Shown here piece by piece: positions 38,301-49,296 of a stretch of DNA of 64,000 nt. The notes below the pieces were generated by a model that was given only the letters and a program-made list of their open reading frames with translations, made no database searches and was not told the DNA's origin. The translations under genes were made by a program, and so were the position numbers. Each line of letters opens with the position of its first letter. Positions within the stretch are counted from its first letter, which is position 1. The stretch comes from Lama guanicoe (lineage: Eukaryota), in assembly GCA_013239625.1 (NCBI GenBank), contig MU054117.1, positions 994,001-1,058,000 of the forward strand, read 5' to 3'.

Positions 38301-41300
38301 GTGTGCCCAAGACCCCCAGACGTCTGAGGCGGAGTAACTGTGAGTGAGGCCAGGAGGGCGCGGGAGGACGCGGGGAGAGCCCGGGCCATGAGCCCCGGGG
38401 AGGGCGGGCGCAGGTGGTGGGCAGGACGGCGTGCCTGCGGACTGCGCTGTTTCACCAGGTCAGAGCAGCGGTGACGCTGGTGGAAGGTGGGACAGACCCC
38501 GATGCCGTAGATTCAGTTCAGCGCAGCGAGGGACTGTCAGCTGTGCCGCGTGCTGGGCCTTGCGCTCTCAGGCCGCCTCCAGGGCTTAGGGCCCTTGTGG
38601 GAGCGGTCGTGTGAACTTAATCACGGCACATGCTGTGTTTTCCAGTCCAGGGATGTACAGAAACCTTGGCAGCGGAGGAACAGGTGAGACTGCTTCACCT
38701 GGAGGACTCGGAGAGGGAAGACACCTCAGGAGTCCACGCTTTTATTTGTGGCCAGGGAGATTCGGGGATTAACCCGCAAGGCTATGGACCAAATGAAAAC
38801 ATGAAGTTAAGTGGCCAACAAAACAGAGCACGTTTTTCCTATTTAGATGTATTATTACTACCTATGACTTTTCTTCTTCCTAATTTTTTAATGTTTATTT
38901 ACTCTGTTGAATCTCCTAAAGAACATCCCCCTAAAATGAGCAAGACTAGGAAGTTAGTAAATAATGGAGAAGATGCCACGTGACCTTCTGTGAACCCGTG
39001 GGCAGTGCCAGACCCCGGGACCCCACTTCGGGGGCTGAAGACTCTGAAGGCTTGGAAGCTCTGATGACAACGTGCATTTGTTACAAATGGAAACTTTGTA
39101 AAAGAGAAATCCCTCTTTTTCTCTGAAGATCGTGAATTCTCATTTATAGCTGGACACACGCGTTAATTAAATCCACGTTAGTGTGATGCTTCCGCCGAGA
39201 GGCTGTTCTGCTGTTGTTTGTGGCATCACCTTTGGAATGAAGTTAGTTTATTTAGAACGAGGGAGGTTGTTTTTACTTCGTAGTATTTGTTTTTCTACTG
39301 TTTCCCCCAAAATGCGCATGAGGATTAGTCACCCATAGAAGAGAAACGACCTCTCACCTACTGTGAACCTTGCAGTGTTTGGAGACCACGGGACCCCTGA
39401 TTGGTGAGGTGCCGCCAAGCTGTCATGTGAGGAGAGCCAGGCCAGGGCCAGAGATAACAGTGCTCTGTGGACTGTCAGGGCCAGTGAGGGTTTTGTTTTA
39501 CAAGATTGCGTCCGTATCTGGCCAGTAAAGCGAAGGCAGAAGGTGCATGAGGGAACATTACTTTGAAGACATTACAGAACACACGGAGGGAACGCGTTTC
39601 TAGTGCAAAGCTTTCCAAATGGGGTGGAAGTACCGATTCGGCCTGGAGCGGCCAAGCACAGCCTGCTTCCCTTTGGCTGTGGGGCCAGAGCCTGCCCTCG
39701 CCCTGCCTTCGCCCTGCCAGGCCAGGCCAGGCTGGAACCCGCTTCCACACTCTCCTCTCCGCTTCCTCCTTCCCTCGCCCCCACCTCCATCCATCCTTCC
39801 TTGTGTCCTTCTGAGAGTTCCCGTGAACCTTAGTTTAAACAACACAGATTCCCATCTCTTACAACCAAGCCTGCAAATCAAACAGGAAAACTGTTCTGGC
39901 ACTCGACGTGTTTCACGTGTGTGGCGGGGAGGGGTTGAACCGGGTGAGGCACCTTTACGGGCGGACGAGGCCGTTGACCTGCATGGCTGGGCCGACCTCC
40001 AGCTCCACCATTTCATGGCTCTCGCCTTCCGGTTTTTTCACTCTCTTGTGATCTTTCGGAAGGGTAGTAGCCGAGTGCAGGCTCCCTACCAGATGCCGGC
40101 CGCTGGGCACCGCCAGTGAGCCAAGCCGTGAAGGCCTGCACCGGGTGAGGGGTACAGTCAGCCAAGGAATTCTGTGTTCGAGCACAGCCTCAAAAAACGA
40201 GTGTTTACACCAAATGTACGATTTGATGTTCTTGGTCCTTCCCCTGGGATTGTTATCGCACTCATCTGAGAAAGACTCTTGAAGGAAATGGGGTTTGAGG
40301 GGTTTTTAAATTTGGGGTTTATCCCTAAGTGCCCAGAAGAGGTTTGTGTAGTTCCCTCTGCTGGGTTTCCACGGCTTTCCTCGCGCACAGAGAGAACTTA
40401 AATGCCTTCTTTGCTGCCTACTGACTGAAAAATATGTATTTCCAATTTCTTCAGGAGAAATGGGTGAGATTATTTTTAAAGAGAGTGAGAGAGCGCGGAG
40501 GGCAGGGGAGGGGGCATTACCAAGTCAGACACCTGACCCCCCCCCACTTCAGCCTCACGGGTAGCAGTCGAGTGTCACCACTGACCACCCGTGTGCACAT
40601 ACGCCTTGTGCTCTGATGCTGCTCGGGTGTTAGCACGAACCCTTGTTAAGACATCACAAGCCACCTTCATGATTTGGAGTTGAAAGGTATCGGGTCAAAT
40701 GTGGAACAAATGATAAATGTCATAAAACAACAGATTTATAGAAACATTGGGTTGGGACATAAACTAGACGACGTACATCCCCGAGGAACTTCCAGAATGG
40801 ACTCAAGCACCGTGCTCGTAAGGATCAAGGGCTTTGCATGTATGTGTGTTTAAAGACATTTGATAGTCCCTCTGTGGCCTCTCAACTGGCCTCTTAAACT
40901 TTGATCAGCTTTAGAGTTTTCCGCTGGAGAGGTTTACAAAGAAGAAAATGCATTATGCGGCTCCCTCAGCTTGCTCTCGCTTGACTGTTGGACCGACAGT
41001 ATTCAGACACGAAATCTAACACGGCGATTCCGCTGCCCTGGTCGCCCCTGCCCTAGTCTCCCCACAGAATCAACAGGAGAGCGGCAGGTGTGCAGCAGGT
41101 GGTGTGACCTCCCCTGCGGCCTCAAAGGCTGCTTTTTCGATCGAGAATTTCCAAAGCGTGGCATGACCAGGGAAGTGCAATTTCAGGGCATGGAGAAGAT
41201 GGCCAAGAAGCTGTGTTCTTGGCGTGGGGAGCCACGTTCTAGCGTCACTAGACTGCTCTAGCGTAAATCTCAACCTGCTCTCCCTGTTTGCCACTCCGCG

Positions 41301-41314
41301 TTCGGGTTTCTTAC

Positions 41315-41450
41315 CTCCAGGATGGATGTAGGAGCAGCTGAGCTGAGCCTCGTGCACCAGGGTCCCCGGGGAGGCCGCCTCGGGGGCGGCCGAGCGGCTG
41401 GGCAGCGGCCGGTAGGCGGGTGTGGCGGGTGGGATGAAGGCTCGCAGCAT
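41315..41450 (-). CDS. CACNA1C: CACNA1C exon 1a coding part (cardiac long N-terminus of the Cav1.2 alpha1C subunit), nested antisense in DCP1B intron 3
   Basis: Minus strand gccATG; MLRAFIPPATPAYRPLPSRSAAPEAASPGTLVHEAQLSCSYIHPG plus G, then strong donor GAG|gtaaga (phase 1). Resembles the recalled long-NT sequence MLRAFVQPGTPAYQPLPSHL...GTLVHEAQLN.FYISPG. DCP1B and CACNA1C are known neighbours. Confidence 0.92.
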
Positions 41451-42080
41451 GGCTGGGTCCCCGGGCTCCTGGCTGCTATCCCGGGAGCCTTTTCAGACCC
41501 CGACACCGTCCCCGCAGTGACGTCGAGCTCCCCACGAGTCTGCACCCCGGATCCCAGGCACAAGTGTCGGGTACAGTGATGGCTTCAAGCTTCAGAAGCC
41601 CAGAGCCACACTTCTTCTTCGGCTCTTTTCAACCTGGTCTTTTCCCTTCCTCCTGCAGCGCCTGCTGCCGGCACAGGCTGGCCTCACCCCGCGGCTTCCC
41701 AGGGCGCTGGGAGTGAGATGTGATGCTTTCTGTCAGCCCGTCAGCTCGTCACCTCCCAGACGGGCTCTGGTCTTCGTAGGTCACCACCCGCTGCTTGTGC
41801 ACAAGTGATGGGTCTGTCAGGGCTGGAAGCGGGGCCCGAGAGCAGGACCTGCCATCGGAACGCACAGCTCTCTGCCCCTTCCCTGTGGAATGTGGCTCAC
41901 GTTGTAAAACTATTTTAAGGAGGAAAAAGTTAGGCCAGTTCTGTGGTTTATCTTGGTGCTGCCTTTCAGTAGCCGGGACTGTTGGTAAATGTGTTTCACC
42001 CCCCTGGCTATTTAAATTTGACAAACTGCACTAACTGGGGTGAATAGAGCTGTTTCAAAATGAGCCATTTTAGTCTGGAG
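41451..42080 (-). promoter_or_regulatory. Putative CACNA1C exon 1a 5'UTR and cardiac promoter
   Basis: Lies directly upstream of exon 1a. M-CAT TGGAATGT at 41886-41893, MEF2-like CTATTTTAAG at 41910-41919, GATA TTATCT at 41948-41953, A/T box CTATTTAAAT at 42008-42017. TSS not determinable from sequence. Confidence 0.65.
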
Positions 42081-42722
42081 GTTATGCTGCTCTAGAGGTC
42101 AGTGGGCAGGCCCTGAGGAACTCCCTCAGCGCCTCGGACGCCCACCCCACACCCAGCCTTCCGTCCACCCACGCCGGCATCCGAGGGGTCTGTGCGGCGG
42201 GCTTCCTCCTCATGTCCGCGGTGACCCTGGCACCCTGTCCTTGCAAGAACCTAGCTCCTTGTGTCAAATGCCACAAATGCGCCGGGTGCCCCAGAACGGC
42301 ACCCAAGGTACTTCTCCTTCCGCGTTGCGCTGACGAGGCTCAGGCGGCTGCTTTCCCTGCGAGCTGCTTCGTTACGTGGTTTCTTCCCGGCTGCCACTTT
42401 TCTCCTGGGATAGTTTTGGAAAATTCAGTCTCCAAGGAAAGGAAGTTTTCGGCGTAGCCAGATTTTGGTTTTGTAACGAGGATTAAAGCCTCCAAAACAC
42501 ACAACATATTCAGGTCTCTTAGTGGCTCAGTGTCAGCCATCGGTCTACTCTCACTCGGGAGGACGCAGGGCGGGCGCCTGGGGGGCAGCCAGCGTGGGAA
42601 CCAGCATCGAGGGACCTGGGACAGCCCTGACCCAGTTCTGAGATGCTCGCTTAGCGATCTTGGAAAGAAAGAATTTCTTGTTGACAGTGAGGCTCTCAGC
42701 ACACAGGCTTCAGAGCTCAGAC

Positions 42723-42798
42723 GCTGTTTTCTCATGAGTGTCAGTGACTCAAAGAGTGACTCAAAAGATGCTGTTTTCTCATGAGTGACTCAGTGACT
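42723..42798. repeat. Local direct duplication (period 47 nt) carrying three TGACTCA sites
   Basis: gctgttttctcatgagtg(ac)tcagtgact occurs at 42723 and 42770. Confidence 0.9.
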
Positions 42799-43978
42799 TC
42801 CAGGAGGACGCAGTAGTGCCCCCGGGAGAAAGCTGGGCTTTTGTCCCACTGGCCCCCGCACGTGGGTAAGATAAAGATTCTTGGTGCACTGATGACACAG
42901 AGTTACACCCGTGGCCACCTTTTGGCAGTTGGTGATCCAGACGTGTAGGACCCTTCCAAAGACGCCTGCTTGAAACAGCACTGAAACGACATCTCCTGCT
43001 CCTTTTGCTCTGAGTCTTCACTGACAAGAAGCAGAAACGCCACGTGGAGCCGCTGGTCCGGTGAGCAGGGGGAAAGGCTGTCAGAGTATCGCAGCTGTTT
43101 TAATGACCGAGTAATTTCATATAATTAAATACTTCGAAACTTTAAGTTTTTTCTGCCTTTTAAAAATCCGTCTTGCTGGCTTTCATGGCCCCGTCCATAG
43201 ATTTTAAAGGTGTGTGTGTGGTTTCTGTGTCGTTTACGTGATTGATGCCGGCAGCTCCTCTTCCCGATACCTGTGCGCGCGTGCTGGGACTGTTCGGCCT
43301 TTGTGGTAGAAGTGACGCAGACGGGCACGCGCTGACGCACACAGTTTGTTTGAAAATTGCTAAATGAATAGTGGCAGCTGTATTTGGCCACATCGTTCTC
43401 TCGTCACTAAGTCATTAAGCCATAGTCACAGTTAATCTGTCAACAGTTGCAAATACTCTGTGAGACGTTCTGAAGTGAGATTTATTACCGAGCTGCATCT
43501 TTCCCGCAGCCCGCTCCGACTCAGGGCTGGGAAGGCCAGCCTTTCAGTCGGCGCCTTCCTGGGAGAAGGGGGAGAGGGTTCTCGGCCTGATTGGTGTGTC
43601 AGGCTTCCGGATCCTGGAAAACGCGGTTGGAAGTGCGTGTGAGTGTGCAGGGGGTGGGGGCACGACGTCTCCGACCGCGGGTTAGAGCCCGGTGCACGCT
43701 CAGCCTGCGTGCGCTCGCGCGGGAAGCGCCCGCCAGGTGCCTGTTGTGCTCGGGGGCTGTGTTTCCCGGGACAGCGTACTCTCGTGCGTGCGCACATGAT
43801 GCCTCCACAGATTTCTTTCTCTGTGGGCCTAGCAAACTCCGGAGTTGGGTTTTCAAGCTTTAACTCTAAAGACTGGCTTCATTTATTCAGGAAGTATTTC
43901 CTTCAAGACAGAGAGGGAATTTCTTTCCATTTTGTGATTTTGAAGACGCTCATGACTTGTTCGGTGCGTTCTTTGCAG

Positions 43979-44045
43979 CGTCCATCTGCGGGATTTGGTT
44001 CTATGACACGGAGGAGTGCCGAAGGATCGCAGAACTAATGAAACA
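43979..44045 (+). CDS. DCP1B: DCP1B exon 4 (67 nt)
   Basis: tttgcag| acceptor; (S)SICGIWFYDTEECRRIAELMK(H); donor CA|gtaagt. Confidence 0.96.
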
Positions 44046-45949
44046 GTAAGTGCGGCGGCTCGGGGCTGGGCGGGCCCCATGCCCCGTGTGTCGGAGCGCA
44101 CGTGCCACCCTGCGGCCCTGCAGAGCACGTCCCGCCTCTTCACAGTGGCCGGGAACACATCCGCTGTCCCTTAGTAAATGAAAAATAAACACGAATGACA
44201 CCTTCTTACGTTCTGCGAGGTAAGATTTGTCCTGTGAATGGCTCACCTCGCTTTTCCTGCGGGGTGAGGGGTCGGCCGTGGGCACTTCCCAGAGGGCAGC
44301 GCTACCCTCACTTGTGAACCAGCCGTGTTACAGTCTGTCAGCGGATAGGACATTCGATGGCTGCTCCGGACTCTCTGGGGTCTCCCGCGCCCTCCCTGGC
44401 CTGGGGCTCCGCGGACCGTGCTCCCTGCCGGAGCTCACGGTGTCCCCCCATCACAGGCCCCGCGGGGCTCAGGACAGCCTTCATTTTCCGCTTCTTCGGA
44501 AATATCCGCGCCAACGCTGGCTTGGTGCTCAGTAGACAGGCTCTGTCATGTGCCAGCCTCTTTTTCCATCACTCCTGTGACGCCTTGCGATTTGCCCCAT
44601 CTGTGCTCTGGACAGCGCCGCCCGCCCCTCTTGGCCCCAGCGTGGCCAGAGCGCGGCCCGCGTGAGCACCGTCTCCGGGATGGCCAGCTCTGGAGCCCTG
44701 GGAGGCCGCTGCTTCCTGCGGCGGCGTGGAGCCTCGGGACGGAATGCTGCCCTGCGCCTGCTGCAGCCGTTGTCCGCCTGCTGCCCACACGGGTCTGGCA
44801 GAGCAGGCCCGCCTGCAGAAGGGCCAGCGCTCCACTTTAGACCCCAGGTCAGTGGGGTGACGGCAGAGTGACCAGTGGGGCCTGCGGGAGCACTTCCCAC
44901 AAGTAAGGTTGGTTCCTGAGGACCTGCTTGTGCAGCTGACTTCGGGTAACTAGCTCCAGCTGCCAGCTGGGTGGTGATCAAGAGATTCAGACTGGTGCTC
45001 GCCTCCACGACAGCCCGTCCGCGGGACACGCGTGTTGCTGTGAACTGCGATGGCAGCAGCAGCAGGGTTTTGTGGAGACTGACTGCACCCTGCGGCGGGG
45101 CTGAGTCAGGCGGCAGCCTCCTGCGGTGGGCGCCTCCCAGCGGGGGCGGGAGAGCGGCTGGTGGCAGGCTTGGAACCTGGTTTGCGTGGATTCCGAGCCC
45201 GTCTCGGTCAGAAGGACGCCCCCGGTAGGTTTGCAGACCTTTCACCATCAGCTTGGTGGCCGGGGTGACGGGCCGGGGCTGCAGTCGGCGCTCAGAGGAG
45301 TGTTCTCTCAGCGTCCCTGCGGCAGCCTCCGCCCCCTCCCGGGCCTTCAGGAGGACAGCAGACACGCCCGCCGCTGTGCCGTCAGCCCCTCCCCTGAGGG
45401 GGTGTCGCGGCTGTGTTTCTAAGCTGCCAGGACCCACCTGGCTGTGACTCCCAGGCACTTGGGACGAGGGGCAGGGTCCCGACTGGCCGCGCAGGTGGCT
45501 CTGTGTTCCAGGACCCTTCACTGGGTTCCGCAGCAGTTTGTGAGCCCTCTCAGATGTTCTAAGTGCGGGGTGGGCAGGCTTTTTCTGGAAAAGCACAGAG
45601 TCGGCTGTGTGGGGCCACAGGGCCTCCGTCCCCACGAGCCAGCTCCGTCCTGACAGCGTGACAGCTGCCAAGACGATGTGCGCACTTGTGCTCAGGACGT
45701 CGTTAACCTTCTGTACCAAACGGGGCAGGGCGGGCAGACGGCCCCGCCAGCCCAACCCGCTCTGGCCTTGTGCGTGGGCTCAGCGCACTCAGGACCTCAA
45801 CTCCCGTTTTTCCTCTTCAGTCCCTAAGCGGTCTGATCTCTGTTGTGACTGTAACGAGACAGAAACGCCTGGGTGAGAATTGGATGGTTTGAAAGGTGAG
45901 TGGTGTTGAACTGGCTTTTCTTGTGTGGCTTTCCCTTCTGTTTTTCTAG

Positions 45950-46085
45950 CCTGACTCAATACGAACAGTTGAAAGCCCACCACGGAGCTGGAGCAGGAAC
46001 CCCGCCAATGACCCTCAGTTCCAGAGAGGAAAAGGAAGTGGACATCGTACGGATGCTCGCCAGAGCCAAAGACGAGTACACGAAG
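45950..46085 (+). CDS. DCP1B: DCP1B exon 5 (136 nt)
   Basis: ttttctag| acceptor; LTQYEQLKAHHGAGAGTPPMTLSSREEKEVDIVRMLARAKDEYTK; donor AAG|gtgagc. Confidence 0.97.
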
Positions 46086-49000
46086 GTGAGCGCTGTCCTG
46101 CCGGTGAGCCGCGCGGAAGTCCCTCCGGGGGGTCCGCCCACGGAGACGCCTCCGCTCTGCCTCCCGCCACACAGAGAGGCGTGGAAGACAGAACCTCCGC
46201 TTGCTTTTAGTGGCTCAAGCCTGTTTGCTTTTAAGTGGATTAAAAGGCAGCCCAAGAAATCAGAAGCCCTTGTACACAAATAGTCTCCCGTCAGAAAACG
46301 TACTAGACAACCCCATTTACAGTGACAACAAATCCATAGAAAATTCTTTGCGATCAAATCACCAAGAAGTGATTGTATGGTGAGTAATTATTGGCTGTCC
46401 TTGGAGGTCCTAAGACACTAGGAGTAGGAAGGAGGTCTGGCCCCTTCCTCGGAAAACTGGTGGTCAGTGGGAAGGAATTAAGCATTCGTGCTGCCTGGCC
46501 AGAGGAACCAGACTATCTGGGGATTCAGGATGAGGGACGGTCTTCTCTACCAGAGAAGCCAGCTTTAAATGTAGACGGGATGGCAGCCCTGGCCCCCGGT
46601 GCAGCCGCTGATGCAGGCAAGGGCCCTCAGTAATGTTAGTGGTGAGAAGGTGGGTGGAGACCTGACCAGGGAAGAATGGGGCCGCTACCCTGGACCACTG
46701 TGCACCCTGCAGCAGCGTGACGCCAAGGACGCAGCACCTTGAAACACTCCTGCGCCAGGGCTGAGCCTGGACCTGAGTCCTAAGCGCTGACTGCCCTTTG
46801 ACAGACAGGGTGACAGGAGGGGGCAGTGGGGCGGGAGGAGAGAAATGAAACGGCAGCGGGAAGCGTGCAGCAACGTCAGGGCAGCTCCCGGCCTCTGCGG
46901 GGAGCCAGCCAGCGCTGGAGGCTGAGGGCCTCCGTGTGCCCCCCGGTCACCCTCAGAGCCCCAGTGCGTGCCTAGCCCACCAAGGGCTGTGTGCCTCCTG
47001 CCCGCAGCCAGCAGGCACTGTCGCCCAGAACCGTCAAGCTCTGGCCCAGTTTCTGTCGTGTGTAGCCCTTCAGAACCTTGGAACAATACCCCGGTGACCT
47101 CACTGGGCTTCCTGCCGTGCGACGCCAGACACAGGAAAGCGACATTTTTGCCCACGAGGACCTGGGTGCTGTGAAGACGGCGTAGCACGGCCAGCAGCCA
47201 AGTCACGCAGACACTGAGCAGTTACTGCTTCCTGTCTTCTCCCTCCCTCCTCTCCACACAGACACACATGCACAGAAACCATGTAATTGGTGGTGTTTTA
47301 CCTTCTTAAAAACCTTCTGGCTGGGGGGGCGCTGCACCTCCTAGCCAGCCACTTCTCGGACACGGGGCGTAGGTCTGGGCGCAGCGGCTGGCATGGGGCC
47401 TCCCTCCAGCTGCCCCACGCCTCAGTCGTCTCGGGCCACTCCTGCACGTCGGAGCCCCCGGAAGTGTTCAGACCAGCCCACCCCCAGGTGCAGGTCCCCC
47501 AGCGCTGGCTGCAGCCTCGCATCCCTCCCTCCTGCTCACCGCCCGACCCTGACCCCGCATCCTCCCCGGGGCCCCCGCCCGGGCCTCTGCTCAGAACCCA
47601 GCTCAAGGACGTGCACGCGGCCCTGGGGACCTGCTGGGGGCCTCACTTTGTGCCGCCCCCACCACACGCAGCGTTTGCCTCGTTTTGTTTGCCCTGCAGA
47701 GTCTGCACATCCTTTGAAGCCCGCTTTGCCCAGGTCTCTTCACTCAGACTGATTATTCCCTCCCTGACTTACCGGTCTGTTGCTCTAGAACGCGCCGTTC
47801 CTCCTCCGCTGTCACGCGGCGTCGGCTTCTCCCACCTCACCGTGAACCTGTTCTTTCTGTTCATCACCATCCCGCAGACTGGAGGCGACAGTGCAGGAAG
47901 TGGAGTCAGTGTGTGCACTCTGCTATTCTGTAAAATCAGCACGTGTTCTGTGCGTAACGTGAGTGGCTGCGGCTGTGAGCTGAACACCAAAGAAACCCCC
48001 TTCTGCCTTCACCGGCCAGGTGGCGTCCCGCAGTCACCCAGGGGGCCTGGCCGCACCTGCGTCGTCACCTCCCCCGGCCCGTGTCCTCGGTCTCTCACTG
48101 CCGGGTCCCTGAACCCTGGCCTCCAGGCACCCCACAACGTGGCCTCAGATGGTCCTTCCAGCCTCGTGCCCTCTGCTGCCACTGCCCCTACAAGTGTTTG
48201 CAGCTCCTCCCAGGCAAAGTAGCAGTCCTGCCTCCTGAAGGTGCCCTCCACCTCCCCCGCTGGCCCCTGTTCCCCTTCACCTATCAACACGCGCTCAGTC
48301 TTTGGAGGCTCACGTCCCTTTTCTTTGCTCAACATGTCACTTCTGATCCACCCAGCGGGCGTCTGTGCCGCGAAGCCCCGCTGCCTTCTAGCTGCCGCAC
48401 GCATGTGCCATCAGCTCCCCCGACGCAGGCGCGTCAGGACGTGGGGGCGGCTCCCAGGCCCAGGGAACGTGATTTCTCCTCGGAGCTCTTGCTGAGGAGC
48501 GGGTTTCCATGACCGGAAGTGTCAGGAGCCAGAGCGATGCACACTGGGGCTGTTCTTACAGAAAGACGTCGCGTCTCTGGATGAGGATTAAACTCACTGA
48601 CCTCTGAGGCCCTCTCCTGCGCTGAGCTGCTTAAACTCACGAAGACCCCGAAATGCAGGAGGAGGACGCCTTCTGGGCCGGAGGGATGCGGTGTTGATAG
48701 CATTCCCGGTACGACTTCTTACGTGAAGCTAATAAAGTAATTGGGAAACCTCGTTCTGGCCAGTATTTTACGTTTGCCCCCCAAAGAAATAGCCGTCTGT
48801 GAATCTGCTGTGGAGGAGCAGGGCCTCTGGGTGGCTGGCACCTGCCCCGCCTCCGGTGGACGCGCCCTGGGGCGTAGACGAGCCGCAGGGACCGAGGCCT
48901 GGACGGCCTAGCAGCGGTGCCACCAGTTTAGAGCTGCACCTCCAGAGGGGCTGCTTTGTACTGAAGACTGTTGTGTGTTTGTGGTTTAAGGCAAGAATGA

Positions 49001-49296
49001 AGAGCTGTTTTCTGGATACAGCTGTGACTTATTTGTGAAATTAGACAAATTACTGTCTTTTGATGTTCAGCGAGAAAATTCAAGAGTATAAGAAAGAAGG
49101 TAAAACTACCTGTGGCCCTGCCACCCAGAGACGTCTGCTTTCAGGGCGCTGCCCCCCCGACCTCCCCCCCGTCACGTGTGTTCGCGTGATGCAGCAGGGG
49201 CGCGGGGCAGAGCTGGTCGTGCTCAGCTTCTCTGTGAAGAGTCCACGTGCGCTTTCCAACTCTGCGTGTCTTTCCAAGTATTTGAAAGTCGTTTGG

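Noticed and set aside
41070..41314. Continuation of the 126-aa minus-strand ORF beyond IHPG
   Set aside because: Similarity to Cav1.2 ends at a strong GT donor, so the remainder is intron read-through.
42723..42798. Repeat-spacer-repeat pattern resembling a CRISPR array
   Set aside because: Only two copies, in a mammalian context with no cas genes; it is a simple local duplication.
44529..45755. 408-aa minus-strand ORF
   Set aside because: No recognisable domain. G/A/R/P-rich composition in a GC-rich intron is consistent with a chance ORF.
47287..48222. 311-aa plus-strand ORF in intron 5 (similarly 1732-2520, 36928-37689, 59475-60296)
   Set aside because: No homology recognised, no convincing exon structure, and expected at this GC content.
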